From: Alphaproteobacteria bacterium
GTDB lineage: Bacteria > Pseudomonadota > Alphaproteobacteria > Rs-D84
Length of the DNA: 64,000 bases
NCBI GenBank assembly: GCA_031549365.1
Contig: JAVBPX010000007.1
Coordinates: 10,502 to 74,501 of the forward strand
Direction of reading: 5' to 3'
The notes beneath the pieces are model-generated. The model saw nothing but the letters and a program-made list of their open reading frames with translations. It did not search any database and was not told the DNA's origin. The translations under genes and the position numbers were made by a program. Positions 29,308 to 38,777 of this stretch are shown in pieces (positions within the stretch are counted from its first letter, which is position 1; each line of letters starts with the position of its first letter).

Positions 29308-31007
29308 TACATCTCCCCTTTTGCTGTAAAGGCTGTTATTGGGGAAATTTCAAATTTAATATCGTTGTTTTCACTAAAAACAGGAAAACTAACAGCTTCC
29401 GTAGCGTTGCCAAATATTATTCTCTTCCAAATATCCAAAAGGGTATTTTGCTTGTTGTTATATCTAGTCTTCTTCCGTCCTCTAAGAAATCTAATCTGTT
29501 TTTCTCTTTCCGTTAATGGTTCTATCCATGTTTCAGGTTGTACAACTAACCAAAATACACCGTTTCTAAAATCAATTTTTATTTTTAAGCATTCAGTCCA
29601 TGATGCTGATGGCAACATTGTTCCAGCGATTTGACCTGCAAAAGTTTTTAATTCTGCAAACAAAGGGTCGTTAATGCTTCTCTCTTTTGGTACAATATAA
29701 TATGTATTTCTAATCTTCCTGAAGCTTAAAGGTTTATCTTTACATAAAGCGGTTACCAAGCCTCTATATATAAAATCTTTTAAATAACCATGTTTCACAA
29801 CATCGTCAGGAGAAAATTCAAAATCAGAAATTATACTCGGTTTAGGAAAAACCTTTTTTATTTCCTCTATTGAACCCCAAGCCAAAACGTTATCTTTTTT
29901 TGTCATTATAGCGCAAGTTCGTGCCATTTTGCACTTGTCTTTCAGATCTTTGATGCCTAAAATACTGTTATCTACTATTTGTTTGGCATTTTGTGGTAGA
30001 CCTGTTATTGGAAATGCATTAAGTCTTATTACTGGGAAATTTGTTCCTGGTTGTGGCAACGAAATATTCAAAGGTTGCTCTTCGATCTTTAATTTTTCTG
30101 ATAATTCTACCGATTTTCCAGGGACACTAGCCCATATAAAATTCATAAGGCTGTCAAAAGAATCGATCTCTATAATTTCAGCATTAATACCTTTCGATTT
30201 TGCTCTATCAATAAAATCATACACTGACTGTAAACACCTAGATTTATCAGATGCCATCCAAAAAATTCCCTGGGGAAAAGGGTTCACAGTATCCAAGGCA
30301 GAATTTAGCATTCTCATAACATTGTTATCACGGCCACTGTATCCCGCGATTATCAGTCCCATACGTGTAGCAGATGCCAAAAAACATCTTTCTAATTCTT
30401 CACAATTACTGATTAAATCTTCCGATAAGTTTTTTACACTTTGATATCGATAATCGCCATGTAGTTTAACGTAAAAAGGGAAAGAGCTATTATTTATAGC
30501 GTTAATTGCCCCCTCAGCACCTTCTATATTATAAACCTGTAAAGGCTGTCCGATTACATCAGCATATGACCGTTCAAAAATATTATCAAAATTAGTTGTA
30601 AATACCAACCTCGATTTATCCATGTGCACTAATGCAGACAATATTTTAAAACCGATATTCGGGTCAACGTTTTCAGCAATAAGCATCCTATTTAAATATT
30701 GTCTTTGTAAATTCCGATTATCACCAAACAATAATTCAAAGTAAAAGGAATATTCCTCAATAGAATCTTCAGCAGGAGCGCCCTTAGAATCCAAATAATT
30801 TTGGATATTTCTCTTTATTGAACTTTCACCTATGTTTAAATCATCTATATTTAGATTTTCTTCAGTGGCATAGTAAATTTTCTTTAAATCCCATGTAATA
30901 TCCCAAGCGGTAGGTAGCCCGGCAGATCTTGGCGCACCAGCCCCCAATAACCACATAAAATTTGGAGAATAATTGTTAAAATGTGTTAAAAATTCGGATA
31001 TTTTCAC
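29307..31007 (-). CDS. SIR2-APAZ NADase partner of short pAgo (SPARSA-type)
   Basis: LGAGA.RSAGLPT, TTNFD, KLHGD and GYSGRD; C-terminal APAZ-like region with RYN; 1-bp overlap with pAgo; GTG start after SD AAGGAG. Confidence 0.9.
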   Translation of the reverse strand: MKISEFLTHFNNYSPNFMWLLGAGAPRSAGLPTAWDITWDLKKIYYATEENLNIDDLNIGESSIKRNIQNYLDSKGAPAEDSIEEYSFYFELLFGDNRNLQRQYLNRMLIAENVDPNIGFKILSALVHMDKSRLVFTTNFDNIFERSYADVIGQPLQVYNIEGAEGAINAINNSSFPFYVKLHGDYRYQSVKNLSEDLISNCEELERCFLASATRMGLIIAGYSGRDNNVMRMLNSALDTVNPFPQGIFWMASDKSRCLQSVYDFIDRAKSKGINAEIIEIDSFDSLMNFIWASVPGKSVELSEKLKIEEQPLNISLPQPGTNFPVIRLNAFPITGLPQNAKQIVDNSILGIKDLKDKCKMARTCAIMTKKDNVLAWGSIEEIKKVFPKPSIISDFEFSPDDVVKHGYLKDFIYRGLVTALCKDKPLSFRKIRNTYYIVPKERSINDPLFAELKTFAGQIAGTMLPSASWTECLKIKIDFRNGVFWLVVQPETWIEPLTEREKQIRFLRGRKKTRYNNKQNTLLDIWKRIIFGNATEAVSFPVFSENNDIKFEISPITAFTAKGEM

Positions 31008-31269
31008 AAAGTTTCTCCTTCTTTAGTATTAAAGATAACTCTTTTTATTAAAAAATCAATCATTAGTTGCAATTAATAATTCATAAACATAAACACCAAA
31101 TGAATTATTAAGCGCCTATAGAAAGGGCCGCGGGCCTTAATATGAAGAAGTTTGCTTGACTTTTGGGGTGGCATAAGCCATCATTAACGTGATATCGGGA
31201 GTTCCGATATTGGGGTATAAAAACCTCTTCGTGTACGTCTGCAGACGTTAAATGCCCCCAACCGATTTA

Positions 31270-31344
31270 TGGTTGGAGGGCTGGTGAAATAAGGCTTGCC
31301 AAATACACCGCACTATTTACACGATAGTTCTTAACCTCCAACCA
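31270..31344 (+). ncRNA. C4-antisense-like structured RNA
   Basis: Closing stem TGGTTGGAGG/CCTCCAACCA; inner GGTG/CACC stem with a GGC/GCC hairpin; ACTAT/ATAGT hairpin whose loop region TACACGA is complementary to upstream TCGTGTA (31229-31235). Confidence 0.65.
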
Positions 31345-31397
31345 CCATTTCCTTGATCTGGTGGTCTTTTAATTAATAAACCAAGGAGGACCTTTTA

Positions 31398-31715
31398 ATG
31401 AGAAAAATGCTTTTAATACTATCATTAATTTTATGTGCATGCGTTTCAGATGCAAAATCTGCAGATATAGATAAATCATTCACATATCATACGGGTGTAG
31501 TTGATTGCGGTTTCAAACATCAAGGATATATAAATCTCAAAAATTTCTTGAATTGCGAGAAAGATATAAGAAAATCTCTCTCCGGGCTAACACAAAAAGA
31601 ATTAGATGCATTAGATAAAGAAATACATAAAAAACTTAGATTTGATAAAACTGCTTATTCTCAAATGGAAGAAGCTGTTAAAAAAATCGGAATGTCATAC
31701 ACCAACTGTTTCTAA
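31398..31715 (+). CDS. Putative lipoprotein
   Basis: Lipobox-like LCAC; SD AAGGAGG. Confidence 0.65.
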   Translation: MRKMLLILSLILCACVSDAKSADIDKSFTYHTGVVDCGFKHQGYINLKNFLNCEKDIRKSLSGLTQKELDALDKEIHKKLRFDKTAYSQMEEAVKKIGMSYTNCF

Positions 31716-31729
31716 ACAAAGGAATAAAA

Positions 31730-32143
31730 ATGAAAAAAATAATATTAGCTTCTATAATAAGTTCTATATTAACTGCCTGCGTTGGCATTACGCAACAAGA
31801 AACTCGGCAGATAAATCCCGCATGTATAGGCCGAGGATCTGGAAATAAATTTTCGCCAATTCACACAATACATATTAGGCATGTTTTGAAAGATGGTGTA
31901 ATAATTAGTTATGCCAGGACACATCAGGGCAATTATAGTATGTTGGCTTTCGTAAAAGCGGATGGCACAAAAGGCAATATTGTTGATGGTCAGGAGGTTC
32001 CAATAAATGAAAATTCATGTTTAGCAAAAACTGGAACATATCAATATAAGGCAAAGTCAACAGATACTCAACTTACCACCATCGAAAAATGGGAAGTTGT
32101 AAATCGTTACCTTGATGAGCCTAAAGCAGAAAAGACTAAATAA
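31730..32143 (+). CDS. Putative lipoprotein
   Basis: Lipobox LTAC; SD AAGGA. Confidence 0.7.
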   Translation: MKKIILASIISSILTACVGITQQETRQINPACIGRGSGNKFSPIHTIHIRHVLKDGVIISYARTHQGNYSMLAFVKADGTKGNIVDGQEVPINENSCLAKTGTYQYKAKSTDTQLTTIEKWEVVNRYLDEPKAEKTK

Positions 32144-32153
32144 TCCTAAAACG

Positions 32154-32177
32154 AACCCCGGAATTAACTCCGGGGTT
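32154..32177. terminator. Hairpin between convergent genes
   Basis: AACCCCGGA-ATTAAC-TCCGGGGTT. Confidence 0.6.
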
Positions 32178-32185
32178 GGCAATAT

Positions 32186-33643
32186 TTAATCGATTGGTTT
32201 CAATGCATAGATCATACATTGAGATAAGGCATCAACCTGATCTTTATATTTAGTTCCTGGAAATCCCAGCAACTCTTTTTTAAACTCTGGCCACCATTCA
32301 AGTTCATTTTGAGGGAATAACAATTCACCTCGTTCTATGCAAACACTCACCCCATACAGACGAGATACTTTATCTGTATCAGGTTTTATTGCCTTCATAT
32401 TAAAATGCCATCCACATTGATCCACATCATTATTTAACAATTGTATCAATTGGGTTCCGCTCGCCTTGTCTTCTATTAACATTTCAACGGGGTAACTAGA
32501 TCCCACATTGTATTTCCATACGTTATAAGCTTTCTTTACAAGATCCACTAATTCAGGCATTTCCCATTTGCCTCTATAAACCTCGACCAAATAAAATTTA
32601 TACGCATTTCGCTCTCGAATTTGGGCAACCACACAACAAGCAGAATAAGCATTATTTTCTCCAACCTTACAGGCCGTATCCCAACTGAGGAATATTTTAT
32701 GAATTTTTCGCCCGTCCACCTTTTGCAACTTTTCGATATCAAAATATTTTAACCATTTTTCTTTTACTATGCCACCTTCTGGCGGGCAAGGTTCTTGTTG
32801 ATGTTGGGCTTCGAATAGGTATTCGCCTTGGATGTCTTTTATTTCGTTAACCATATCCATATTCTCACGTACAGGGTGTAACAGTTCTCCTCTCATGCGA
32901 ACAAAAGATTTTTGAATATTAAAAATGCGATCTTCCCATTTCCACGTTTCATCTTCCGTTGCAATAGTTGGCAACTTTATCAATTTAAACCCAATGTTTG
33001 ATTCTAATAAAAATCCGGTCAAATCATCCTGATGCAGGCGTTGCATTATCAGCATAATCTTGCCATTCGTTTTATCATTCAAACGTGTACAAAGAGTTGA
33101 CCCATACCATTCATTTACTTTGTTTCGCTGAGTATCTGACATTGCATCCGATGGTTTCAATGGATCGTCTATTATAATCCAATCCGCACCACGACCGGTA
33201 AGTGTACCACCAATTGATGTGGACATACGTCCACCCCCACGCGTTGTTTCAAAATCATTAACGGAACGTCTGGATTGCTCAATCTTTGTTCTCGGGAACA
33301 ACTCTTGATACCATGGTTGCATCATGACACGCCGACAATCACGGGCAAACTTTTCAGCCAATTCATCATTATAACTGATACAAATAATGTTTGTTTCCGG
33401 ATTGTGACCTAGCAAAAAGGCCGGCAATGCCACAGAACAGATTATCGATTTCGTATACCGCGGTGGGATATTAACAATAAGGCGATTATTCTTGCTCTCT
33501 ATCATATACATAATTTCATGGCAAATTATATCAATATGCCAATTGTCCAGATATGTATCCGATGACACTTCGCCAAAAACCTTGCGTACAAACTGTTTAA
33601 ATTCAGTACGTAAAATTGCATTTAAAATTTGATTTTCATTCAT
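32186..33643 (-). CDS. Phage terminase large subunit
   Basis: PPRYTKS (Walker A), GRGADWIIIDD (Walker B), IMQRLHQDD, SWDTA, IEDKASG and FPGTKYKDQVDA. Confidence 0.92.
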   Translation of the reverse strand: MNENQILNAILRTEFKQFVRKVFGEVSSDTYLDNWHIDIICHEIMYMIESKNNRLIVNIPPRYTKSIICSVALPAFLLGHNPETNIICISYNDELAEKFARDCRRVMMQPWYQELFPRTKIEQSRRSVNDFETTRGGGRMSTSIGGTLTGRGADWIIIDDPLKPSDAMSDTQRNKVNEWYGSTLCTRLNDKTNGKIMLIMQRLHQDDLTGFLLESNIGFKLIKLPTIATEDETWKWEDRIFNIQKSFVRMRGELLHPVRENMDMVNEIKDIQGEYLFEAQHQQEPCPPEGGIVKEKWLKYFDIEKLQKVDGRKIHKIFLSWDTACKVGENNAYSACCVVAQIRERNAYKFYLVEVYRGKWEMPELVDLVKKAYNVWKYNVGSSYPVEMLIEDKASGTQLIQLLNNDVDQCGWHFNMKAIKPDTDKVSRLYGVSVCIERGELLFPQNELEWWPEFKKELLGFPGTKYKDQVDALSQCMIYALKPID

Positions 33644-34022
33644 TGTCTTCCCCTTCATTTTTTTCTTTATTAAAATAAGCACTCAAAATTTCTTTATCAT
33701 CCGGTGCCATAATGTGATTCTTCACGGCTTCCCGATCAGCATTTTTCTCATCAATTACCAACATATGCGTAAGCAAAGTCTGAATAGCTTTGATGTCTCC
33801 TTTGATGGCCTTGTTCACCGTTTGTAACAAGATCAGTGCCTTTTTGCTAATTTTCACAGTTTTTCCGTCCCGAACAACTTGCGCTTTTTCGGACAACAGA
33901 TCATCTAATAACCTGTATGTATTCTTACTGCCACGTGTTCGGCCTTTGACATTGCCGGATTGACCGGGTTTAAATTGATTTTCTTTGGGTGGTTTCATGT
34001 AACCAACTTCATATTTTTTCAT
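33636..34022 (-). CDS. DUF5681 protein (terminase small subunit candidate)
   Basis: YEVGYMKPPKENQFKPGQSGN.KGR motif; overlaps the terminase start. Confidence 0.8.
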   Translation of the reverse strand: MKKYEVGYMKPPKENQFKPGQSGNVKGRTRGSKNTYRLLDDLLSEKAQVVRDGKTVKISKKALILLQTVNKAIKGDIKAIQTLLTHMLVIDEKNADREAVKNHIMAPDDKEILSAYFNKEKNEGEDNE

Positions 34023-35326
34023 TGTGTCACCTCTTGCTTTTCGGCCAGTAATTCGGAATATTTTTTACCGTCACTAACACGCACGGCATCAATCGAAAAC
34101 ATATCAAAAAACCGCCTGATGGCGGTGTCAACATACAACGGTTCCAATTCTATCCCATAACATATTCGTCTTGATTGCTGCGTGGCAATCAATGTTGATC
34201 CCGAACCCAGGAAAGAATCCAACACAATATCGCCACGTTTGGTAACGTCCAAAATTGCGTCTTTCAACATCTCGACTGGTTTAACGGTCGGATGTAATTT
34301 AATGTCGTTTTTATGATGACCGAACGAATTCACGCCAGCATAATTCCAAACATTGGTGCGATATCGTCCATGGCGTCCAAGTTCAACATTATTGATGTGG
34401 CTTTCTTTGCCATTACGGAATATAAAACAAAGCTCATGTTGCGACCTATAAAGCGAACCCATACCACCGGACGATTTACACCAAACACACATGTTGATAG
34501 GATTACCGAACACATCGCCACCCGCAGCGGTAATTTCGCGAACGTGCCTCCAGTCGGTGAAGTTGTAGTGTAATGACCCCAGGCGAGAGAACTTAGCACA
34601 CAATTCAAAATTCTTGCGCAGAAATTCTGTAAATTCATCGGACTTCATCTCACCCGATGCCATAGCAAATTCTTTGTGCTGAATACTGCCAGACCCACAA
34701 ACATGTCCAGATATTTTTACGTTATACGGCGGATCTTGCAAAATCATATCTGCACGTTTATCGCCCATCAACTTTTCAAGCGTGTCGGATTCCAAGCTGT
34801 TTCCGCAAATAATTCGATGTTCACCAATTTGCCAAATATCACCGACATTCGTCACGATTTCGTCTTCCGAAATAAACGGAATGGCATTGGCTTTCGGGTC
34901 GGCGTGCTTTTCATCCGGATTCATCAATACATCAATTTCGATATCATCAAACCCGGTAATCGAAATATCAAAATCATCGCATATTGTTTCCAATTCTGAA
35001 ATTTCCATCCGCAACAGGTCTTCGTTCCATCCGCCATTCATGCAAATTTTGTTATCGGATAGGCGATACGCTCGCTTCTGTGCGGCCGTCAGATGCGACA
35101 GGCGTATAGCCGGCACAGTATCCATCCCAATTACCTGTGCCGCAGCCAACCGACCATGGCCAGCAATAATCTCGCCATCTTCGTCAATCAATATCGGATT
35201 ATTAAAACCAAACTCTCGAATTGATGCAGCAATCTGCTGCACCTGTTTTTCCGGATGGTTCTTTGCATTTTTAGCATACGATCGAATTTGATCAATTGCG
35301 ACTTGTTCAACTGATAGGTTTTTCAT
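34019..35326 (-). CDS. ParB-like domain fused to N6/N4 DNA methyltransferase
   Basis: N-terminal FGFNNPILID...IAGHGR; DPPYN, HPTVKP and DSFLGSGST motifs; SD AAGGAGG. Confidence 0.92.
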   Translation of the reverse strand: MKNLSVEQVAIDQIRSYAKNAKNHPEKQVQQIAASIREFGFNNPILIDEDGEIIAGHGRLAAAQVIGMDTVPAIRLSHLTAAQKRAYRLSDNKICMNGGWNEDLLRMEISELETICDDFDISITGFDDIEIDVLMNPDEKHADPKANAIPFISEDEIVTNVGDIWQIGEHRIICGNSLESDTLEKLMGDKRADMILQDPPYNVKISGHVCGSGSIQHKEFAMASGEMKSDEFTEFLRKNFELCAKFSRLGSLHYNFTDWRHVREITAAGGDVFGNPINMCVWCKSSGGMGSLYRSQHELCFIFRNGKESHINNVELGRHGRYRTNVWNYAGVNSFGHHKNDIKLHPTVKPVEMLKDAILDVTKRGDIVLDSFLGSGSTLIATQQSRRICYGIELEPLYVDTAIRRFFDMFSIDAVRVSDGKKYSELLAEKQEVTQ

Positions 35327-35437
35327 TTTATACCTCCTTTTATACTGTTTACAGAGGCCTGCATTTTTAAGCACGCCTCGATAATATACCCTAATTTGAA
35401 TTCACAATGTTAAAATGGCTAAAATTTGACGGTTTCA

Positions 35438-35484
35438 CTTATTGCTAGTTTTAATATCTACTAGCAAAAAGAACTAGCAATAAG
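35438..35484. promoter_or_regulatory. 13-bp perfect inverted repeat with a third half-site, in a divergent intergenic region
   Basis: CTTATTGCTAGTT-21 bp-AACTAGCAATAAG, with ACTAGCAA in the spacer. Confidence 0.5.
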
Positions 35485-35528
35485 ATTATTTATTAGCTAT
35501 ACTAAGAGTATAAATAAAGGGGCAGAAC

Positions 35529-36563
35529 ATGGCAGATTTTTCAGAATATAAAAAACTGGGCGAGCCAGATAAAACCGCAAAAAGCGAAATATGGGAAATG
35601 GCCACTGGTCTGCAAAAAGTCGACGGATTAAAAACATCTGAATATTTGCGAGATTTGGCACGTAAAAACATCGAGGGCAAGCTTTCCATTTACCAAGTCC
35701 AAGAATCTGTGCGTCAGTATTATAAAACTCCAAAAGGAAGGTCAGAGTTTTGGGGTTCAGAGGAAGCAGACCTTGTTTCTGCGCATATAAGCGAAATACT
35801 CTCAGAACAAACATTTGCTTTCAGTCCTGCGGAATACATCTCTATTCATGGGCGTCTATTTGCAGGTATTTTGGACGACAAAATTACTGGAAAAATTCGC
35901 GATTATAATATAATCAAAGACGAATGGGTATTGGGCGGAGAGTCCGTAAGTTACGCCAGTGCAAACAGTATCGCGACAACATTAGAATACGACTTTGATC
36001 GTGAAAAGTCTTTTGATTATAAAGAATTGAGTGAACGCGAAATGGCCGAGCATATCGCAAAATTTGTATCTGGAATATGGCAAATTCACGCATTTGGCGA
36101 AGGCAACACACGAACAACAGCCGTATTCATTATAAAATATTTGCGCACACTTGGCTTTGACGTAAATAACGACCCATTTGCCAAACATTCTGATTATTTC
36201 AGAAACGCATTAGTACGTGCAAATTATACCAACATTAAACTTGGTGTTCATGCGACCATAGAATATCTAAATAAGTTTTTTTATAACCTGTTACTGGGTG
36301 AGAAAAATATGCTCCATAATAGTAGTCTGGTTATTATACCTGGCAAAACTAAAGAAAAGACTGCGAAACCAAAGAAAACAAAAGCACGAGATACATTGTT
36401 AATGCTAATCGCTGAAAAGCCGGACATATCAATAGAGGAAATGTCCAAAAAGACAGGTCTTTCCGTCGGTGGCGTGCGGTGGAATATTGATAAATTAAAA
36501 TCCGATGGCGTTATCCATCGTGTAGGTGCCAGAAAATTGGGTCATTGGAAAATATTAAAATAA
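35529..36563 (+). CDS. Fic-domain protein with N-terminal VbhA-like region and C-terminal HTH
   Basis: GLQKVDGL; Fic motif HAFGEGNTRT; C-terminal winged HTH ending GHWKI. Confidence 0.88.
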   Translation: MADFSEYKKLGEPDKTAKSEIWEMATGLQKVDGLKTSEYLRDLARKNIEGKLSIYQVQESVRQYYKTPKGRSEFWGSEEADLVSAHISEILSEQTFAFSPAEYISIHGRLFAGILDDKITGKIRDYNIIKDEWVLGGESVSYASANSIATTLEYDFDREKSFDYKELSEREMAEHIAKFVSGIWQIHAFGEGNTRTTAVFIIKYLRTLGFDVNNDPFAKHSDYFRNALVRANYTNIKLGVHATIEYLNKFFYNLLLGEKNMLHNSSLVIIPGKTKEKTAKPKKTKARDTLLMLIAEKPDISIEEMSKKTGLSVGGVRWNIDKLKSDGVIHRVGARKLGHWKILK

Positions 36564-36616
36564 GTATGGTCGAATAACTTATTTAGCTTAAAGATTCATC
36601 CACCAATCTTATCAAC

Positions 36617-36649
36617 TTGACTTCCCAGGCCGTGTAAGCGTTAGTATGG
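36617..36649 (+). promoter_or_regulatory. Promoter-like motif TTGACTTCCCA-N6-GTAAGCRTT, copy 1
   Basis: Same motif and spacing at 38727. Confidence 0.6.
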
Positions 36650-36909
36650 ACATGTATAAACAACCGCCAAAACATAGCCAATTTAAGCCTGGACAATCGG
36701 GGAATCCACGTGGCCGACCACGACGTTTGAACAAAGACTTTATGGACTTGACTTCTCGCTTCTTTGAAGCAGTAATGAACGCAAAGGCCGGGAAACCGAA
36801 TGCCATCATCAAAATAAATCAGATACGAAGGATATTGCATGAAACCAAAAATATACCTGCCAAAAACTCTGGACGAACTACAAAAACTAAGCCACGAGAA
36901 AAAATCTGA
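36646..36909 (+). CDS. Short DUF5681 protein
   Basis: YKQPPKHSQFKPGQSGNPRGRP motif. Confidence 0.7.
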   Translation: MDMYKQPPKHSQFKPGQSGNPRGRPRRLNKDFMDLTSRFFEAVMNAKAGKPNAIIKINQIRRILHETKNIPAKNSGRTTKTKPREKI

Positions 36910-37297
36910 ATTATGGTCGCGATATGTACCACATCCATACAAACGGCAAATCCGTGCATTATGGTATTACGTTCGGTGTGAAAATATGAACCTAAAAATC
37001 GAATCCAAACACATGACAAAGATTAGGAAATATTTGGATAACCCAGAACGATGCACAGACCGCGCATACAAAATAAAATACAGCCTGCACCCGGGAACGG
37101 AAATCACAAAAACATTCCGTGGTTTGGAATTCAAAGTGTTGGTCGCCGATAATGGCGACTTTCTTTATGACGGGAAACGATACAAAACATTATCACCAAT
37201 CGCCAAAGAAATCTGTGGGATAAAAGTATCCGGCCCAGACTTCTTTGGCCTGCGAACAAAAAGGATAAGGAATACAAACAAAACGACAGATGTTTAG
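36839..37297 (+). CDS. DUF2924 protein
   Basis: PGTEITKTFRG...YDGKRYKTLSPIAKEICG...GPDFFGL. Confidence 0.8.
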   Translation: MKPKIYLPKTLDELQKLSHEKKSELWSRYVPHPYKRQIRALWYYVRCENMNLKIESKHMTKIRKYLDNPERCTDRAYKIKYSLHPGTEITKTFRGLEFKVLVADNGDFLYDGKRYKTLSPIAKEICGIKVSGPDFFGLRTKRIRNTNKTTDV

Positions 37298-38490
37298 TTT
37301 GTTCTGAAAAATCCCAACTTTCCAATTCTTATTTGATGTGGGGCTTGAACGACCCATTTTGGGTCACTCATTTTTACATCATCAAATAAAACTGCGCCTT
37401 GATTAATCAATCGCCGAATATCAGAATTTGATTTGTCTGGCATACATAATTTCACAATATCAAATACAGAATGATTTCCGACCGTTAGGTGAATAGTTGG
37501 TGCGTCTTTTGGAAACTCATTTTTTGAAAACGTATCAATAAAATTCTGTTTCGCGTTTTCCGCTGCTACGTCGCCACGAAACAACCGAACGATTTCAGTC
37601 GCAGCAAAAACTTTTGCATTCCGTGGATTATTTTGAATATCCAACGTTTTAATTTGTTCCAATGGAATCCGTGTGTTCCAACGTAAAATCATATCAATTG
37701 CAACATCTGGCATTGCCATAATTTCACCAAACATTTGATCTGAATTCGAATCCAAAAACACACCTTTGCGAAATGATTTTGACATCATCGGTTCGCCCGT
37801 ATTTGGATTGGTCATTAATTGCAAAATCAGGCAAAACTTTTCCTTACCCAACTTTGTTTTAACCAATTGACGACCCAACAATGCATTAAAAGTTTGATCG
37901 GTCCCACAAACCTCAACATCTGCATTTAACGCCACGGAATCGAACCCTTGTAATAACGGGTACAGAAATTCATGCAGATGAACAGGTTTACAATCATTAA
38001 TCCTTTTTTGAAACATATCTCGTTCCAACATTCGTTGCACCGTTGTTTCAGACGCCAATGTTATAAATTCGGACAATGAAATCTTATCCAACCATTCGCT
38101 GTTGAATACGATTTGTGGTGGGTTGATCGGATCGTCGAAATCCATCAAATTTTTAACTTGTTCGCGCCAACGCATTGCGTTTTCGGTTGTCTCTGCTCGT
38201 GTTAAACACTTGCGCGCACAACTGCGATCACTGGGGTCGCCGATGCATGCTGTAAAATCTCCAAAAACCAAAAACACTTTGTGCCCCAATTTGCGAAACT
38301 CTTCCATCAACATAAAGTTTTGCGCATGCCCAAGGTGCAAAGCACTAAATGTTGGATCAAACCCGATAAACATATTTAATTTATGCGTCAACGCATGTTC
38401 AATAAATTCGTCTTTTGATGGCAAAGCATCAACAATAAGTCCTCGACTGAAAATTTCTTCCAGTTTTTGGCGTTCATTAATTTTATTCAT
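37294..38490 (-). CDS. tyrS: Tyrosine-tRNA ligase (island-borne)
   Basis: GFDPT...HLGH, YPLLQGFD, GTDQTFN and MSKS motifs; C-terminal S4 domain. Confidence 0.93.
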   Translation of the reverse strand: MNKINERQKLEEIFSRGLIVDALPSKDEFIEHALTHKLNMFIGFDPTFSALHLGHAQNFMLMEEFRKLGHKVFLVFGDFTACIGDPSDRSCARKCLTRAETTENAMRWREQVKNLMDFDDPINPPQIVFNSEWLDKISLSEFITLASETTVQRMLERDMFQKRINDCKPVHLHEFLYPLLQGFDSVALNADVEVCGTDQTFNALLGRQLVKTKLGKEKFCLILQLMTNPNTGEPMMSKSFRKGVFLDSNSDQMFGEIMAMPDVAIDMILRWNTRIPLEQIKTLDIQNNPRNAKVFAATEIVRLFRGDVAAENAKQNFIDTFSKNEFPKDAPTIHLTVGNHSVFDIVKLCMPDKSNSDIRRLINQGAVLFDDVKMSDPKWVVQAPHQIRIGKLGFFRTN

Positions 38491-38726
38491 AATATTATCC
38501 CTTGTTTTGTTGTTTTATCATATCGAAAGTTTGGTATTTATTCCCTTAAGCGCGAAACTTCCGTATGACAGACAACGCCTAAGGGCAGATATAGTAATAG
38601 TTACCTACATACATCGGCGAAGATGCAACAAAACAAGGTTTAAAAAAGGTTTCATGTGATGACATGATAATTCCTTGGTTTCCGCATCAATATATTCCAG
38701 ATTTCCCCAAAAGTCAAGTATTCCAT

Positions 38727-38759
38727 TTGACTTCCCACACAACGTAAGCATTCATTGTG
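38727..38759 (+). promoter_or_regulatory. Promoter-like motif, copy 2, upstream of the recombinase
   Basis: TTGACTTCCCA-CACAAC-GTAAGCATT. Confidence 0.6.
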
Positions 38760-38777
38760 GTAACCAAGGGGGTAAAT

